Shown here: positions 50,201 to 64,000 of the stretch, in pieces | How positions within the stretch are numbered: position 1 is the first letter of the stretch | How the letters are laid out: the number at the start of each line of letters is the position of its first letter | Source of the DNA: Takakia lepidozioides | Lineage: Eukaryota; Plantae; Bryophyta | Assembly (NCBI GenBank): GCA_030704615.1 | Contig: CM060731.1 | Coordinates: forward strand, 76,694,001-76,758,000 | Direction of reading: 5' to 3' | Length of the DNA: 64,000 nucleotides | Notes under the pieces: model-generated | The model's database searches: none | What the model saw: only the letters and a program-made list of their open reading frames with translations | What the model was told of the DNA's origin: nothing | Program-made: the position numbers and the translations under genes

Positions 50201-53200
50201 CTCAGCCAGTATCTAATGGAACCCAAACAGTCAGCCACACTGATCAGAATTATGACCAGTCCATCACTTGTTTAGCAAAATATCCCTAGTTACAAACATC
50301 ACCAGATCATGAAACCCCTACCATATCTGATGGTCGAGGAGCATATACCTCCTGTTGAGTTGCATTCAAATTTGATATTTTGTCTTCGGAGTATTCTTGC
50401 ATCCCACTCAAATAGGATGCCATAGATTCTTCATGGCTTTGCTGAGACTTCCCGGATTTGCACATGTCGTCTTCTGTCCTTGCTCTTATCTCTCGACGCT
50501 TGAAAAACTTCAACATGTTACTTAATCGTACGTCAGGTTCTTTCTCTCCCAGAAGCTCAGGACTCTCAGATGCCATTGCTCCACCTGTTGACCTTTGCGA
50601 AAATTCAACTGTATTATCCAGTGCTTCTCTCACTAGTGACGAGTCACATTTGGCCCCCAAGGTCTTTGCCCAAGAGTCCTTTGTCCCCTCCCCCTTGCTC
50701 TCCTCCTCTTTCTGAGAATGAGAAAAGTCTGGTTGCTGCTCTCTACTTCTAAAGGGGACTTCATCTCCTTCATTGACATCCAGATTACCAACCGCAATGA
50801 TTGACGAAGAGTGCGGCTCACTGTTTGAGAGACGAGACTGCCAGCAGCACAATTTCCAGTAAATGGAAACAGAGCCACCACATCAGCACTATGTCAAACA
50901 CCCTACCCAGCTCATGAGCTCCCGAAATGACATGCATGATTCATTAACATGCTGTTGCCATTTGCATTGAGTCTCTCAAAACAGATGTAGTCGTATGCTT
51001 TGCACCAAGATGAAATTTCTGCCTCCAACTCTTGTATGCATTCAAGATACCACCAAAGACAAACATACTTACAAATGGGTAGTGCAATCCAGCCCCACCA
51101 TTTCCCTGCTAATGGATGTAAAGCCTTGCATTTTTTTAGACAATTTTCCCATTCTGCCCACAAGTGAGCACATTTAAACAGCTCTGAAATTGTCCACTTT
51201 TCAGGGGGGGGCCTAAACTTACCAAGAGATAGCAATCTTTGCCACATGGACTCGGGGGAACAGATTCATTCGCGCCACTCCAAGGGGCTTGCCTCTCACT
51301 CTGCAGAGAAATCCATTGAGTTCATGGATACATTCTCCTGGTTCCCTATACAGCGTATTATAAAAATCCAACTTCAACATGAAGGACGTCCAGATGCAAG
51401 CACTTCTCTCACTCCCGTTTCATTCCACTTGAAAAGCGAGAGAATGGAAGGAGGGGTATGCAATATATATATTGCAAGCATGTCAAGCTTACTGGGTGGA
51501 TGAGAGGCTGGGAGCAGCCATGCAACTTGCAATCAAATACCTGCATGCATTGCCACAACCAGTCACCCTTAAGTTACCTTCACTTCATTCTTCACCGCAG
51601 ATCCACTCGGAGACCATCATTTATTCAAACTAAGCTTAATGATGATATGCCATTGTTTGCAATACTTCCAGACTCTGGTGTTGTGCATAAGCAGTCAATG
51701 GAATGATCTCTGCTTAAACTTAGATTTCAGTCCAGGTAAATACCTGTAGTAGCCCAGTAGGAGAGATGAGGATAAGTAGTGGACTGACATACCATGAGGA
51801 GACTATAATGCTACCAGTTTGATAGCCCATTATCTATATCTACACCCAGAACGTTGAGTTTGGTTACACATTTTGAAGGTCTCAAAGCAGGGAGACAGGC
51901 AACCTCACATCAACACTCGATAGAAGTGGTAGGCAAGTACCAAACAACGTCGGCAAAAGAGATTGTCAAAGGAATCCAGGGCTGTAAGCAGATCTTTGGG
52001 TTCACTTGCATTGGCCGACGGCTGTTGTACAGCAACTTCTGGTTTGTAAGTGACATCCTCATGAAGTGGAGCACCCAATTCTTCATTGACAGCTTCTTTA
52101 GGTTTTATCCAGGCATCAGCCCAAGCGGGGTCTCGAGGTGACGTTTTCCGGCCGCCGGGGGAGGATTTGCTCTTCCCAACAACGTCTGTCTTTGGAGTCT
52201 TCGTCTTAACCTTCTCTTCAGCTTCTTTTAAGAGAGCATTACACTTGGCCTGTAAAAGAGATGCAATTTACAATGATCATTTGGGGGTCTATATGACAGC
52301 AAGAAATGAAATGAACTGGTACTTAATAACGTCCGCGGAAAGCTCAAAGAGCTTATGGGACAAAATGGGGAAAAACATGAGAGAGGAAACAAAACCAGAG
52401 CCAAAAAGAAAGGACCTTATTAACCGTCCATGGGAAGCTCAAAGAAAATACGACAGAAAAGTGGGGCATATGAGGTTCACTTTTTGCATTAGGAGGCAAT
52501 AAGGAATCTATACTTCGATGAGACCTTACAAGTGTTTGTTAAGACAAAGTTCGGGGTGAGGGAGGACGTTTTTAACTACCTCAATATCCTCGCGTTCAAT
52601 GTCCATAAATTTGGACAGCTCATCCAAGAGCTCTGAACTCACCCCTTGCTCCTGGATAGCCATCCTGCACACTACACAAGGTGAGAGAATTTCTTTGGCA
52701 ATACTCACACCCAAGGTATGACTCGTTCTTTGTCATTGTATAGCTCTCCTGCTCCCTGAGACTAAATTATACTTCGGAGTGTGTGAGCGCATTTGGAGCT
52801 GAGTTCCAAGCAGTAGTCCTAGTGGATCAAAATGCCATCTTTCTCCAAGCCCTAGTTGATTGAAACTGTCGGGTAATCATCTCAAAATGTTAGTATCCTA
52901 CCATCCACCAAGCAGTGGTCAATAGGTACATCTGTTGTCTACGATTGATGTGAGTTAATGTCACTACCAATAAAAAGCTCACAAATCTTGGCTCACCAAT
53001 AGATTGTGAGGTGTTGTGATGCATACGTAGTCACCCCATTTTCTGATATGGGGTGTGCAAGTAGCATATGTTCATAATGTTCAGTGTCTTGCAATTATCC
53101 TGATAAATCTCAATGGCTACAGCAATAAGGTGTGGTTTCTTGCAATGATCTGAAATAGTTCACAGTTTTCTGGCAAGGGTAAGCTGTGTTCATCATTCAG

Positions 53201-56200
53201 TGTTTCGAAGCTGAACAAGCTTGACTACACAGCATCCAAACATAGGCAGCTCTAGAGTGTATTATATATTTTCATACTTCTCTATCATGCCTTTGAACTC
53301 GTGAGTCTAAGTGTGGTTCAAATCATTATTGATTTCAAGAAAGTGCTTGAATAAAAAATAAGAATTTTTCAAGGGGCTACTGTTCACTAACAAGGCTACC
53401 ATAAATCAATTGTAGCTTTCCAGAGAGACCATTAGTTGATGGAGGATTGATGTTCAATAACCAGGCACCATAATTTGAGCCTAGCTTTCCAAAGAGATGT
53501 AGTTAAGGAACAGGTCAAATTCATGGAAACAAGACTCAAGCTAGTAAACTTTGCCCCTGATGTTGAAGTAAAGGGGCTATTTGAGAGAAAGCACCAGATG
53601 ATGTAGTCCTCGCCCTTTGTGAAGTCATGTTTAGGGTCTTCCTTAATGTGGTCACACCCACCCTCTTCTTCCTCGCTATCACTGGCAATGAGCGTTTCAT
53701 TGCAATCATTGTCATAATAAAGACGGCGTCGTCCCACAACCGATTGATCATCTGCCATACGGTGATTTCTGCATTGCCCACTCCCAAACCTTGATATAAG
53801 ACACTTGCGAACTGACAAGTATACATGCCAGAAAAAGCTTCAACCAAGTTCATTTGTCTCTGGAGTAGCATTAGTTTTACTTAACCGCCATATGATGATT
53901 CCTGCATTACCCCACTCTCAAACCCACCTTGATTTAAGACAGAGAGTTGCCAAGTGTAAGAGCCAATATAAGCTTTGATAGTTCATTTGTTTCTGGGAGT
54001 AGCATTAGTTTAGTTACCTAAAATAGATCATTCATATATATTTTCTCTTTCCTCCCCCCCACACTTGTACATGATAAAACCCGTAAATCTGGGCCGCAAG
54101 TCCTCAAATTAGGCATTCTCCTCACACATACCTGTCCAAGTAGATCCAAGTTGTGTATGGTGGCACATTCTCGACCTGACTAAGCTTCTCATGACGCACA
54201 GCAGTTTTGCCACCTTGACTACTTCCAAAGATGATAGATATAGGGCGATTTGGCAACCCATCCTGCCTTGTTTCAGTTTCATTCTCTGCTTCAACTTCAT
54301 TAGGGTTGCTCAAGTTTTGAAGATGTCGCACATTCTTTAGGGACTGGGACTCAAGACTTCCCGGTCTCTGCCCTTTAGAAACCTGCTTGATGCGATCTGC
54401 TAGTCCCTCCGCCAGACTTTGAGTGTGGTGCATCAGCCTCGCCCTGTTAGCCTCCATTTTCATCTACAATGCGTGCACCATCTTATATAAGCTAGCTAGC
54501 ACTCTCTCTGGTTTTGTCTCCTCTCTCATGTTTTCTTCCATTTTGTCCCATAAGCTCTATGAGCTTTCCGCGGACGTTATAAAGCACTATTTCATTTCAT
54601 TTCATTTCTCTCTCTCTCTTGCTCCCTCACAAACAACACCATGAATCAACTCATCCATGAGGATTTCATGAGGATATCTCCAAGTGTGGTGCTTCACCTT
54701 CACCCTGTGGCCTCCATTTTCATCTACAAGACACCATTCTGATATAAAAAAGTTACTCATTTCATTTCATTTCTCTACCTCACTAAGCCAAACGATTTCA
54801 AGAGGATGTATGTGCAATGCACATGGGGACATAAAGAATCATCAAACTCTCAATCATACTACAATCCTACATAGGGATTTTCTCGTCATTACAACCAGGT
54901 AAGCATGCCTTCCTATCTCTATGTATCTCTCAAACGGGCATTCGCCACTTTTAGAGTCAGTTCCTACACCTTGCAGATTGAGATGGAGAAATCATCTACC
55001 GAGGTTAGTAGGTGTCCTAATTCTACTAGTGGATAAGAGTTATATTTCTTCTTAACCTGTTTAAGAAGTAGGGGCCATTTTTCTTCACATATAAATGAAG
55101 TAGAGACAAAGTACCATAAGTTCTATTTCAAACCATTGCTTCTTTTGTCCTCCCTACTACTAGATCTGAGGCAGATACTCTTGTCTCTCTAGAGACTCCT
55201 ACACTTGGGGAAAGCTCTAACTTGAGGACCCAAAGTGCCTATGCAATTGTTGGCTCTCTATAGAATCCCAGACTCGGGCAAAAACTTCCCCTTGTGAGGG
55301 CCAAAAGTACCTCAGTCTGCAAGAAGAGAACTGTCACTTTAGAGACTCTCAGATTTTGGCAAAAGCTTCAGCTTTGACAGACTAGGTTGTTTATATTCAT
55401 GTCTAAGACCAGCTGTAGAGTAGAATAGATGAGTGATTGGCACATCTTCAAGACCATTCAGCTGTACAAATCCATAGTAACATCATAAGATTGAGTTCCC
55501 TAATCCTGCTGAAGTATGCACAGGCAAGCAAATTGTATGTTGTCTACTGCAAGAATTGGGGCCTATCCCCCAATACGCACAAGATACTAATGGAATTGCA
55601 TCAAGGCACGCAAATTGCTTTCTTTTCTGCGTGGATTGCACAACATTCGACTAGAATTCCAGGGCACACTGATTTGCAAGGTTTTTTCAGTGTGATTGGG
55701 TTGATGAGGCCTCAATCAGTATTAACTATTGAGTTGTAGGATACAATCTTGCAAACAATGGCACACCTAATGTTTGGGGGAAGCCACCCGAGGATGTCCC
55801 ATCTAATGTATATTGAATATCCATCAATTGTGTGCACAATAATGCATCTCACCTTGACATGTGCTCGGCGGTCATCTTGCACTTGCTGCCTAAGCCTTGC
55901 CAGAGTTGAAGCCAGGTCATCAGTCTTCTTGTTGCCCTGTAAGATGTCATTTGGCTCCAGGTCAATCTGCCCACAGACTCCTTAGAATCGTTTGTATGCA
56001 TCAAAATCTATTCAAATTCAGTGTTTGTTTTGTTAATTTCAAGCCTCACACAGGCTCGGTAATGTATAGTTTGGCTCCCGGCTAATCTGCACACTTGATT
56101 TCAAACTTCAAGAGAAGCTTGGTAATAGTTGCTCCCGGTTACATCCTCCAGGATTCAGAATCAATGGGTTCCGGGTTCATCTGCAAACTTGATTTCAAGC

Positions 56201-56857
56201 TTCAGACAAATTCTGATAATGTATGGTTTGACTCAGGGATACTGCACACATCCTCCCCAATTCAGCATCGGTCATCGGATGATCTTTATTTGACGCGTCA
56301 GTCAGTCCTACAGGTGCATCAGAACTATCAGATTCAACGTTCGTTGAATACAAGTTCAAGAGAGGCTTTCCAAGATTCACGTAAGACCAGCGTCGGAATC
56401 TATCGGAATTCAGACATTTGTTGATTTCAAGCTACATACATGCTTTCCAAGATTCTCCGAAATCAGCATGTGCTTCAATTTCAAGCTCCATTGCAATTAG
56501 GTTTCTTGACAGAGGCTTCAAAGTCGTGGATTTGATTGCACACTCCCAAACCAGCACCCAAATTTTACGGTAAAGTGTCAGGCACAACTCTAAAGAATGA
56601 GCCACGACTCGTCGGCTATACACTCGTACAAAGCATACATTCAAAACAACCCCAAAAACGCCGTACACGCAACTGAACTGTGGTTCCTCACAAAATAATC
56701 TGCGGTTTGACGAGGCTCAGAAGTTCCAACAACCCACCAAAACATTTGTTGTCCTTTGATTGCCACTCACGTCTTCCTCCTCCTCCTCCTCCATGGCTAC
56801 GTGCTCCAACACGTCAGACACGTCCCTTGGCAGGACCTTCCCTGCCTCCATAGCCAT
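44295..56857 (-). CDS. Enhancer of zeste / CURLY LEAF-like PRC2 H3K27 methyltransferase (about 17 exons)
   Basis: [31 protein letters not shown]; [14 protein letters not shown]; [13 protein letters not shown]; CXC PCNC...CEKYCGC...CHC...[10 protein letters not shown]; SET GWGAF...EYTGE...FLFNLNDQ...KFANHS.NPNC...[10 protein letters not shown]...FYDY. ATG at 56857 inferred; TATA-like motif near 56945-56953. Confidence 0.95.
48770..50130 (-). mobile_element. Cluster of 5'-truncated LINE 3' ends in an E(z) intron
   Basis: [10 protein letters not shown]...CPAC...[14 protein letters not shown]-terminal zinc finger (48952-49167), with two more degenerate copies (~49380-49510, ~49990-50130); 3' UTR ends in CATTT repeats. 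Confidence 0.75.
52300..52450 (-). repeat. Short 3'-end fragment of the same LINE family
   Basis: AAATGAAATG...AACGTCCGCGGAAAGCTCAAAGAGCTTATGGGACAAAATGG shared with 48774-48836. Confidence 0.8.
54500..54608 (+). repeat. Short 3'-end fragment of the same LINE family, opposite orientation
   Basis: CCATTTTGTCCCATAAGCTCTATGAGCTTTCCGCGGACGTTAT...(CATTT)n. Confidence 0.8.
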
Positions 56858-59759
56858 GCGTTGCCGCCCTGCCTGCTCCCGAGACGTGACAAGCGATGGT
56901 GATGGCGGGAGGCTCGAGAGGGTGGAAACTTGTGATTGAGACCCCTTTATATACACTCCTACAAATAGTAGATATCATCCGCTTTGGGAGACTTCGTTAG
57001 TAATCAAGAGGCTTACCATACTTTTCGGAAAAGCATCAACACAAAAATGAGTCATAAATCAATGCTATACTTACACCAAAGACCCATAAATTTCGATTGT
57101 GAGATTCGGATAAAATCCCACCTTCAGATTCCCAGAAGGGGTTTTGTCAATTATAGATTGAAAGATTTGTATGGTGCCAAGTAAAATGTGGGTCATCATT
57201 GGCTTTAGGGTACCGTCTACTATGTCAGTGTGGAAGCCTAATAATAACCATCCATAGACTCCCCACATGGTTTAGATTACACTTGTTGTCCGGTTGGGGT
57301 CTGAAAGGTCCTTTTTTGTTAAGTTAGGTGTCATATGGAGAGGATGTGTATGTGTATGTGTATGTGAGTTGGCCTGCCACACATGGGTCTTGACAGTTTA
57401 TGTGTGTGAGATATCAAGAGTCTTTTCAGGGGCAGAAGTCCCATCTCCAACGACTACTGATCTACAGTGCCTGCTGTTAATGGGTTCAAACAAAATTTCC
57501 GTGGGTGGAGTGCAGTTTTTGCCTTGGCCATAATTTGGCCACTCCACAACCGTACTTGGGTTTTTTAGTTCATTTGAAATAATGAAAGCAGTGGTACACA
57601 AGGTAAGTGACAACCAGGTCATGGCTGGCAATGGCAACCAATAACATTGTATGTCTCTTTCACTCCTGCTACACACTAAGGGGCGTGCAAAGATGCGTAC
57701 AGAGAAGTCTCTAGTGCCAAAGGATCCACACATGGACTTAGTGAATGTTTTGGCTAACATGGTGAAGTGATGATCTACTAAGAAATGACTAGGCAATTGA
57801 AACAAGCTTATGATGGTGGAGGGTCCTTGCCTCAAGTTTGGGGTAGATGCAAATTCTTCATAACTCCATGTAGGCGGCCATGCTATCTTCCTTGGAGATC
57901 TACTCGGAATGGCACATGCCCAGGAATCAACTTAGCACTGACAAACTAAATAGATGTAATCAGTTGAAGTAAGCTAACCAGCCGCAACTACCTTCGTCGT
58001 GTGCTGCCAGACGTCGAACTAGCCACGATCTTAGCCGTTTATTTAGCAAGTCTCATTACTGCCATGATTTGACATTGGGAGGAGGAACCAGGACAATGCT
58101 GCAGGCAGGCTTTACGTAGCTTTCGTCCTGGAGGACAATGCTGCAGGCTTTATGTAGCTGCCGCCCTTGAATGGAGTCTCCAGATAGATCTGGGGGAAAG
58201 AGGTTGGCCATCGCTCGGCTTCATTTTGGGTTTCGAAATAGTGACTTGCCACCAGTTTCGAATGCCTGAGGTTTCTCTGAGCCATATTGCAACTGTTCAT
58301 CGCTGGATAAGGCGTTTCTTAAGGTGGGTTTGCTTCAATTGTGTTGAAATTCCTTGCTCTTACTTTGAGGCTGATCAACGCAATGGTGGGTTGCGGTTTC
58401 TTTGACGTTCCATCTCTGTGATAGCGAAGACTCTGGATCTCATGTGTTTCTTAAGGCGGGTTTGTTGAAATTTGTTGTTGATGTATATTGATTTGATTAC
58501 ACATGCTGATCAACACAATGGCGTTCATCTCTGTGGCAAATTGAAGGCGCTCTCACTCATTGTCAGACTAGTGCCAGGCTCTTCCGCCTTGGTGCTGCGA
58601 AGAATGAAATTCCTGACTCACGTATTCTGATTGCAGGTGTCGATCCACACAACGGCAGGTTGAGTTTGACGGTTCATCTCTGTGACAGTGCAGGCACTGG
58701 AATAAGGTATTGCTTGAGGTGTGTCTATTTCAATTGCGTTGAAATGCCCTGCTTATCTAGTATTTTGATTGCGTGTGTCGATCAAGACGATTAGTGGTTG
58801 CCCTTTCTTGGAACCATCTACATCTCTCTGACTGTGAAGGCCCTCTCACCCGTCAACTTGTTGGAGTGGATTTTTCCGCCTCGGATATAGTTCTGCGGAG
58901 GGTTGCTGTCTTGATATTTCTAGTCACATTGCTTCAGCGATGCTAGTCGATCAGGCTAGAAAACTTCGAGGGAAGGAGGAGGGACTTCAGGGGGAACAGG
59001 ACCAGACCTCGACCAAACAAGCTGTACGTTAGCACTTTGTAGCGTGTGTTCTGAGATCCACAAGAGCTTTGGTACAAATTGCAAGTGCAGCTTTGATTTT
59101 TCTCCTACTACATGATCGGACTACAGGATCGCAGCCGATCAAGTCACTTCATTGGTTTTCTTTTCTTCCTAGACGTTTTTCAGATGATCAGCCACACTGG
59201 ACTGAGACTCCCTGATTCCAACACGAGGCCATCTGATTAAAAGTGGCCTGATGGGATTCAGAAAATTCTAGCACTAGCACTAATTAAGACTAGGCTTTGT
59301 TAGAGATGGAATCACATTGTGGCCATCCACTTGGATTGCGCGAGTAACCACAACGAGGCAAAACTCAAAGTAGGGATTGTCGTGTGTGTTAGATTCGATC
59401 TACTTGAGGCCTTCATTTGACTGGTTCTACGTTTGATCTGCTTCCCGTGCATTGTTTAGTCTGCAGAGGAAGTGGCTACTCTGGACTTTCAAGGAGTGAT
59501 CAATGCACTGTCCTTTTGTCTTGACGCACTGCATCTATGTCTGTCATCAATCTACGTCTGTGGTTTCGGTGACATCGTCTGCAGCAAATGTTTTTTTTTT
59601 CTATCATATGAGTCTGGCAGCTATGTTTTTGTGACACCTTCAGCACGTGGATAGACCTTGGGATTTGAGCTGGAAATTTCTGCCCAACTCCAAACTGCAA
59701 TCTAGCCGTGTTGGTGATCGTTCGTTGTGACAGCTCTGCCCCTAGAAGCAAAGCCTCAT

Positions 59760-62700
59760 ATGGTTGAGTTTCAAATGGCGTGCGCATTGTGCACTCAAAT
59801 CTGCTATGAAACTCATGGAGATCATGACCGAGTTACTGTCCAACAAGGAGTTCCTTCTTTCTTCAAGGTGGTTTCTGACCAAAATCTACGCAGCGGCTCC
59901 TTATTTCTGGTAACACTTCACCCACCCTCTCGCTCCCTTTGAATTGGCTGTGATCTTGACTTGGTCAAAGTCCTCTCCATATCTGTGAAGAATGTTCATA
60001 CATCTCCTGGGAGAATGTTATATTGTATCTCACCCTCCTCTCTCTCACCTGTCCCTTGTTTTCCTTGTATCATGCTTTCCTTTGTCCCATAAGCTCTTCG
60101 AGCATTCCATGGACTAATAAAATTTCTTTTTCTTTCTTTCTTGTTCTTGCGTCCCTGGGGCGTTTGGGCTTCCCAACGTAGCTTCAAAATACCTCTTCTT
60201 TCTTTGGTTCCCTGGGGGCTCCTCTGGACGTTATAAGCTTTGTGGAAGTAAGAAAGTTCTTCTTTTGTATTTCTTTCACTCTTTCTCAGGATTTGTCTCT
60301 AACAAGGAATGGTTAATCTTTTCAAGTAAACAATATTTTAGCAGGATTGGAAAAATACACTTAAAGCAGGGTGAATTGTGGTTTTCACAGACCTAGCTCC
60401 TTGGACTAGTCCTAACAGGAAGGTTGTCATGCACCAAACAGTTCTGGCAAATTGTAAATGTTCTAAGTACTTTCTGCTTCTGTCACAGCGAATCCCTCCC
60501 ATGTTCATGGAGGACTACGGCTACAACATTAAAGATAAGGTTACCCTGAAAGGGCCGACTGGCTATGTCTGCGAGCTTCGTCTGGGATACAACAGAGGAT
60601 TGGGCTTCAGGACAGGTTTTGGGGAATTTTTGGACTACCATAGCATCGAAAAAGGAGATCACATTCTGTTCACCCTCATTGCTAACTCGCAGTTTGCTGT
60701 CAAAGTGTACAGCAAGTCTGGCTGCGAGAAAGCTATCCCTCCAGTGACTAACAACCACAGGGGGAGGGTCCACGTAGATGCTGAGCCTAGCAAGGGGGCT
60801 GTCATACCTCCCTCTCACACCAATGATTGGTCTGGAAAGAGTGCTAATATGAAGAAAAATGCTCCACGTATCGATGCTGGGCCTAGCAACAAGGCTTTCA
60901 TACCTTCCCCACACATCCATCACCATTCTGGGAGATATCTGAAGAACATTGCTTCATGCCTTAAAATGTTGAGGAAGAGAGATAATGCTGCCAGGCTAGG
61001 GCAAAAGCTCAAGCTCAGGAGGGAGGGAGGGGCCTCCAAGCAAAAGGCCAATGAACATATGATGAAGCTAGCTGTATTTGAAGATGAGGGTATGACCAAA
61101 GCTGGCCATGGAAACATGGGGAGAAAGAGAGATGATGAAATGAAAAGAGGCTTTTCAATGTTAGAGCAATGTTTGTTGCCATTACCCATCTCAAAAATTG
61201 CAAGGAAGGATTTGGGTTCACAACAAGCTGGAGAAGAGAAGCACTCTTTGTCTAAGGGTGATGATAAAAGTGACCATGACAGCGTGGAAATGCTAGATGG
61301 AGAAGGACTGCGCAATGTATTAGCACAGGTGCAGCCACATACCAAACCACAAGCTCTGGATGGGCATATTGAGCAGGATTCGTTGACTCCAAATCAATTC
61401 GCAAGTCCTGAAAGGGGCTTAAGTCCAGAATGCAAGAGACAAAGTGCTGAGAAAGAGGACCTCATTGACATTGGAGCTGATTTTCAGAGTAGCAGAGGAT
61501 TGAGAAAGACCACGAGTGCAAGTTTTGAACCGCAAGTGCAAGGTTCACATGAAGGAGCATCTTCAGAACAGCAGTTCAGTCTTGAAAGAAGTCTAGGAGA
61601 AAGATTGGACAACAAATTGAAGCAACCTGAGGACGAGTCTAAGGTCAGCCTGGGCAGTTAATGAAAAATAAACTGTGTGTCATTAAACCACCAATCCTAG
61701 GCATTGCATGTTTCTTGGCAACCAAGTTAGCAATGCTGCTCTTCTTAAAGCAGTTCTGAATATACTGTCCCTAAATAAACTTTAGCAGCAAAGGCTTCAC
61801 TTCCAGTACCAAGACCCCAAGTTGTATTGCCTGAAGTCCACCTCCATTTTGCAATCCTTGGTTAGCGTGTGGATGGGTTCACTAATGAGATGGTTCTCAT
61901 AGACCATGGCTGGTGCTTACATACAGGTGCCAGGAGTTCTGCCGCTGGCATCAAGAACAGACATATCTCAAAAGATTCCAGCAGCAGTTAAGAAATCGAA
62001 TCTTGAGGCTGCACATGCACATACGATTAGCAACCCAAGTGTTAGTGTCGTCATAACCAAGACTTACAGCAGCAAGGGCTTCCTGGTGAGTTCTATATAT
62101 GTTGTGCAACTAGAATAGGGAGTAGAGCAACTACACTTGAATTACATAAAACAGATTTGATGTACATTCCATGTGCCTAAGTTGCTTGAGCTTCCTGTAG
62201 CACCTGCCAGGGTTGATTTCTGGAACAACATCCCAGTGCTCAAGTGGAGTTAACTGTGATTAGTGATTGGCGAACACCTGGGCTGCATTTTAGTATGGTC
62301 TGTGCATGAGGTCTAAATGTGGTAAGACTGAAAGATTTTCACTGTCTTGAGTAGATGAAAGTTGCCAGCTGGACAATGCATCGTAGGTAAGCAGGCAAAA
62401 CCTCCATTGGTTCACCAGGACACCGTCAAAGAGGGTTCAGCAGTAGGCTGTTGAGAATGTTTTGCATTAGCACAGGTTACTTTTGCCTCTCAAGCCATAT
62501 GTTACTATTGAGTCATTGCTAACTTCAAGGATCCTATGTGTGGTATGTTGGGCTCTTCTTTGCAGCACTTTCCGACAGCTTTCGCGAAAAAATGGTTCCC
62601 CCAAGTAACCGCAGACTTACTGCTAGTAGACATCGCTGGTGGGCATTGGCCTGTCAAGTGGTATCCAAAGCATGTGCATAAGCGTTTTAGTGCTGGGTGG

Positions 62701-63508
62701 AGGCAGTTTTCTCAAGCACACAAACTCAAAGAAGGTGATGTTTGTGTATTCGAGCTGAAAAACCCAAAAGAGATCACATTCCTGGTTCACATTTTCAGAG
62801 TGGCTGATTCAACCTGTAATGCAAATGGAGGCCATAGCCATGATGAACAGGCAGCGATTGGCAGGGTAACACTTGAGGGACAGAGCAGTGGAAACTGTGA
62901 AAATGACACAGTGCAACCAACTAATGTACTTCATGAGAAGCACTCTATACTCTTAGAGAAGAGTTTGAATATTGACAAAGGGACCGTACCCAGTACCTCC
63001 AAGAAGGATGCCAGCATTTCTCCAGAGCACACAGCAGGAGAGGTCAGCAAGAGTGGGAGATCTTGCAAGTCCAGGAAGGATGTGGGCAGGTCAACATCCT
63101 CTCCAACTAAAGCCGTAACGGCAGCGCAGTACTATGCAGGCCGGGAAGGCATGGTGGTTAATGCTTTGGCAGGGGAGGAAGTGAGCCGAGAGGAGAGTAA
63201 AGGTGACAGCGTGGGAGGTATGGGTCCACCACAGATAATCGTTCTCATGCAAGTATATCAATTTGATTGGGATTGACCAAGTTTGAGTTTTCTTGCTTTC
63301 ATGTGCAGAAAGAGGCCCAGCTTTGGTGCCACAGCAAGAAACTACAGCAAATGACAGGAAAAGGAGATATCACAAGATTTCTCAAGGATGTCGGTCCACA
63401 AACAGTATGAGGCAGAAAGCCCTGGATGCAGCAAATGCACTGCAGACAAGCAATCCACACATTCCGCTTGTTATGAGACCCTCAAATGTCGGCGCTGCAT
63501 TTTCTGTT
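59760..63508 (+). CDS. Multi-B3-domain REM/VRN1-like transcription factor, 3'-incomplete
   Basis: Exons 59760-59909, 60489-61643, 61927-62085, 62566-63217, 63309-63508, in consistent phase; B3 motifs PSFFKV/RIPP.F...VTLKGPTG...F...H.IEKGD...F and GWRQFSQAHKLKEGDVCVFEL; a third B3 begins (NPHIPLVMRPSNV). Confidence 0.92.
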
Positions 63509-63651
63509 GTAAGTGGATTACTCCTGGCATTCTGTAGTGTTATGGTAGAGAGACAGCAGTAAATGGAAGGTGGGGAGAAGGTAGAAAGCTGTGCATAAAG
63601 AGATGGTAGAATGTGGTGACTGGCATTGCCAAGGACCCAGTAGTGGTATTT

Positions 63652-63876
63652 ACCTTTGGAATGATTTATTTGCTCTAGCAAGGTTCCCTGCCCTTCACTT
63701 CAAACCTCCAGAGCAATTGCCAATGAAGGCAATGTGGTAAAGTTAACTAGCAAAAGAGTGGTGACCTGACCTTTCGAATGATATATTTGCTCTAGCAAGG
63801 TTCCTGCCCTTCACTTCAACCCTCCAGAGCGATTGTCAATGAAGGCAATGTGGTAAATTTAGCTAGCAAAAGAGTG
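63652..63876. repeat. Tandem duplication of ~117 bp in a B3-gene intron
   Basis: ACCTTT.GAATGAT...CTAGCAAAAGAGTG, twice. Confidence 0.88.
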
Positions 63877-64000
63877 CCAACAGGTCACCATGGGGGTATG
63901 AATTTGCAGCAAAGATCCTGTGGTGAGGCTCATGGACCTACGAACCTTCTTAGCAATCATTTTGTGTTTGGGTCGGAGTAGCAACACTGAAGTTACTCTA

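Overview
Eukaryotic, intron-containing land-plant nuclear DNA, probably from a non-seed plant (inferred from the transposon and gene content). The left half (~1.5-30.3 kb) is a nested transposon stack. An old minus-strand Ty3/Gypsy remnant with a tRNA-Ala PBS is split by a CACTA/EnSpm element (3020-~27686). The CACTA transposase is in turn split by (i) an ~11 kb composite insertion carrying a Ty3/Gypsy polyprotein with the order gag-protease-DNA cytosine methyltransferase (Dnmt3-like)-RT-RNaseH-integrase-PHD finger, and (ii) a full-length chromovirus (19190-26300, TSD GGATG) with a Tf1-style self-priming PBS and a nested solo LTR. The right half holds host genes: RPS16, an orphan Q/A/P-rich spliced gene, a divergent chloroplast FBPase II-like gene, tandem-repeat arrays, a multi-exon E(z)/CLF-like PRC2 histone methyltransferase with LINE fragments in its introns, and a divergently transcribed multi-B3 (REM-like) gene running off the window. 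The most notable feature is the retrotransposon encoding both a DNA methyltransferase and a PHD histone-reader domain.
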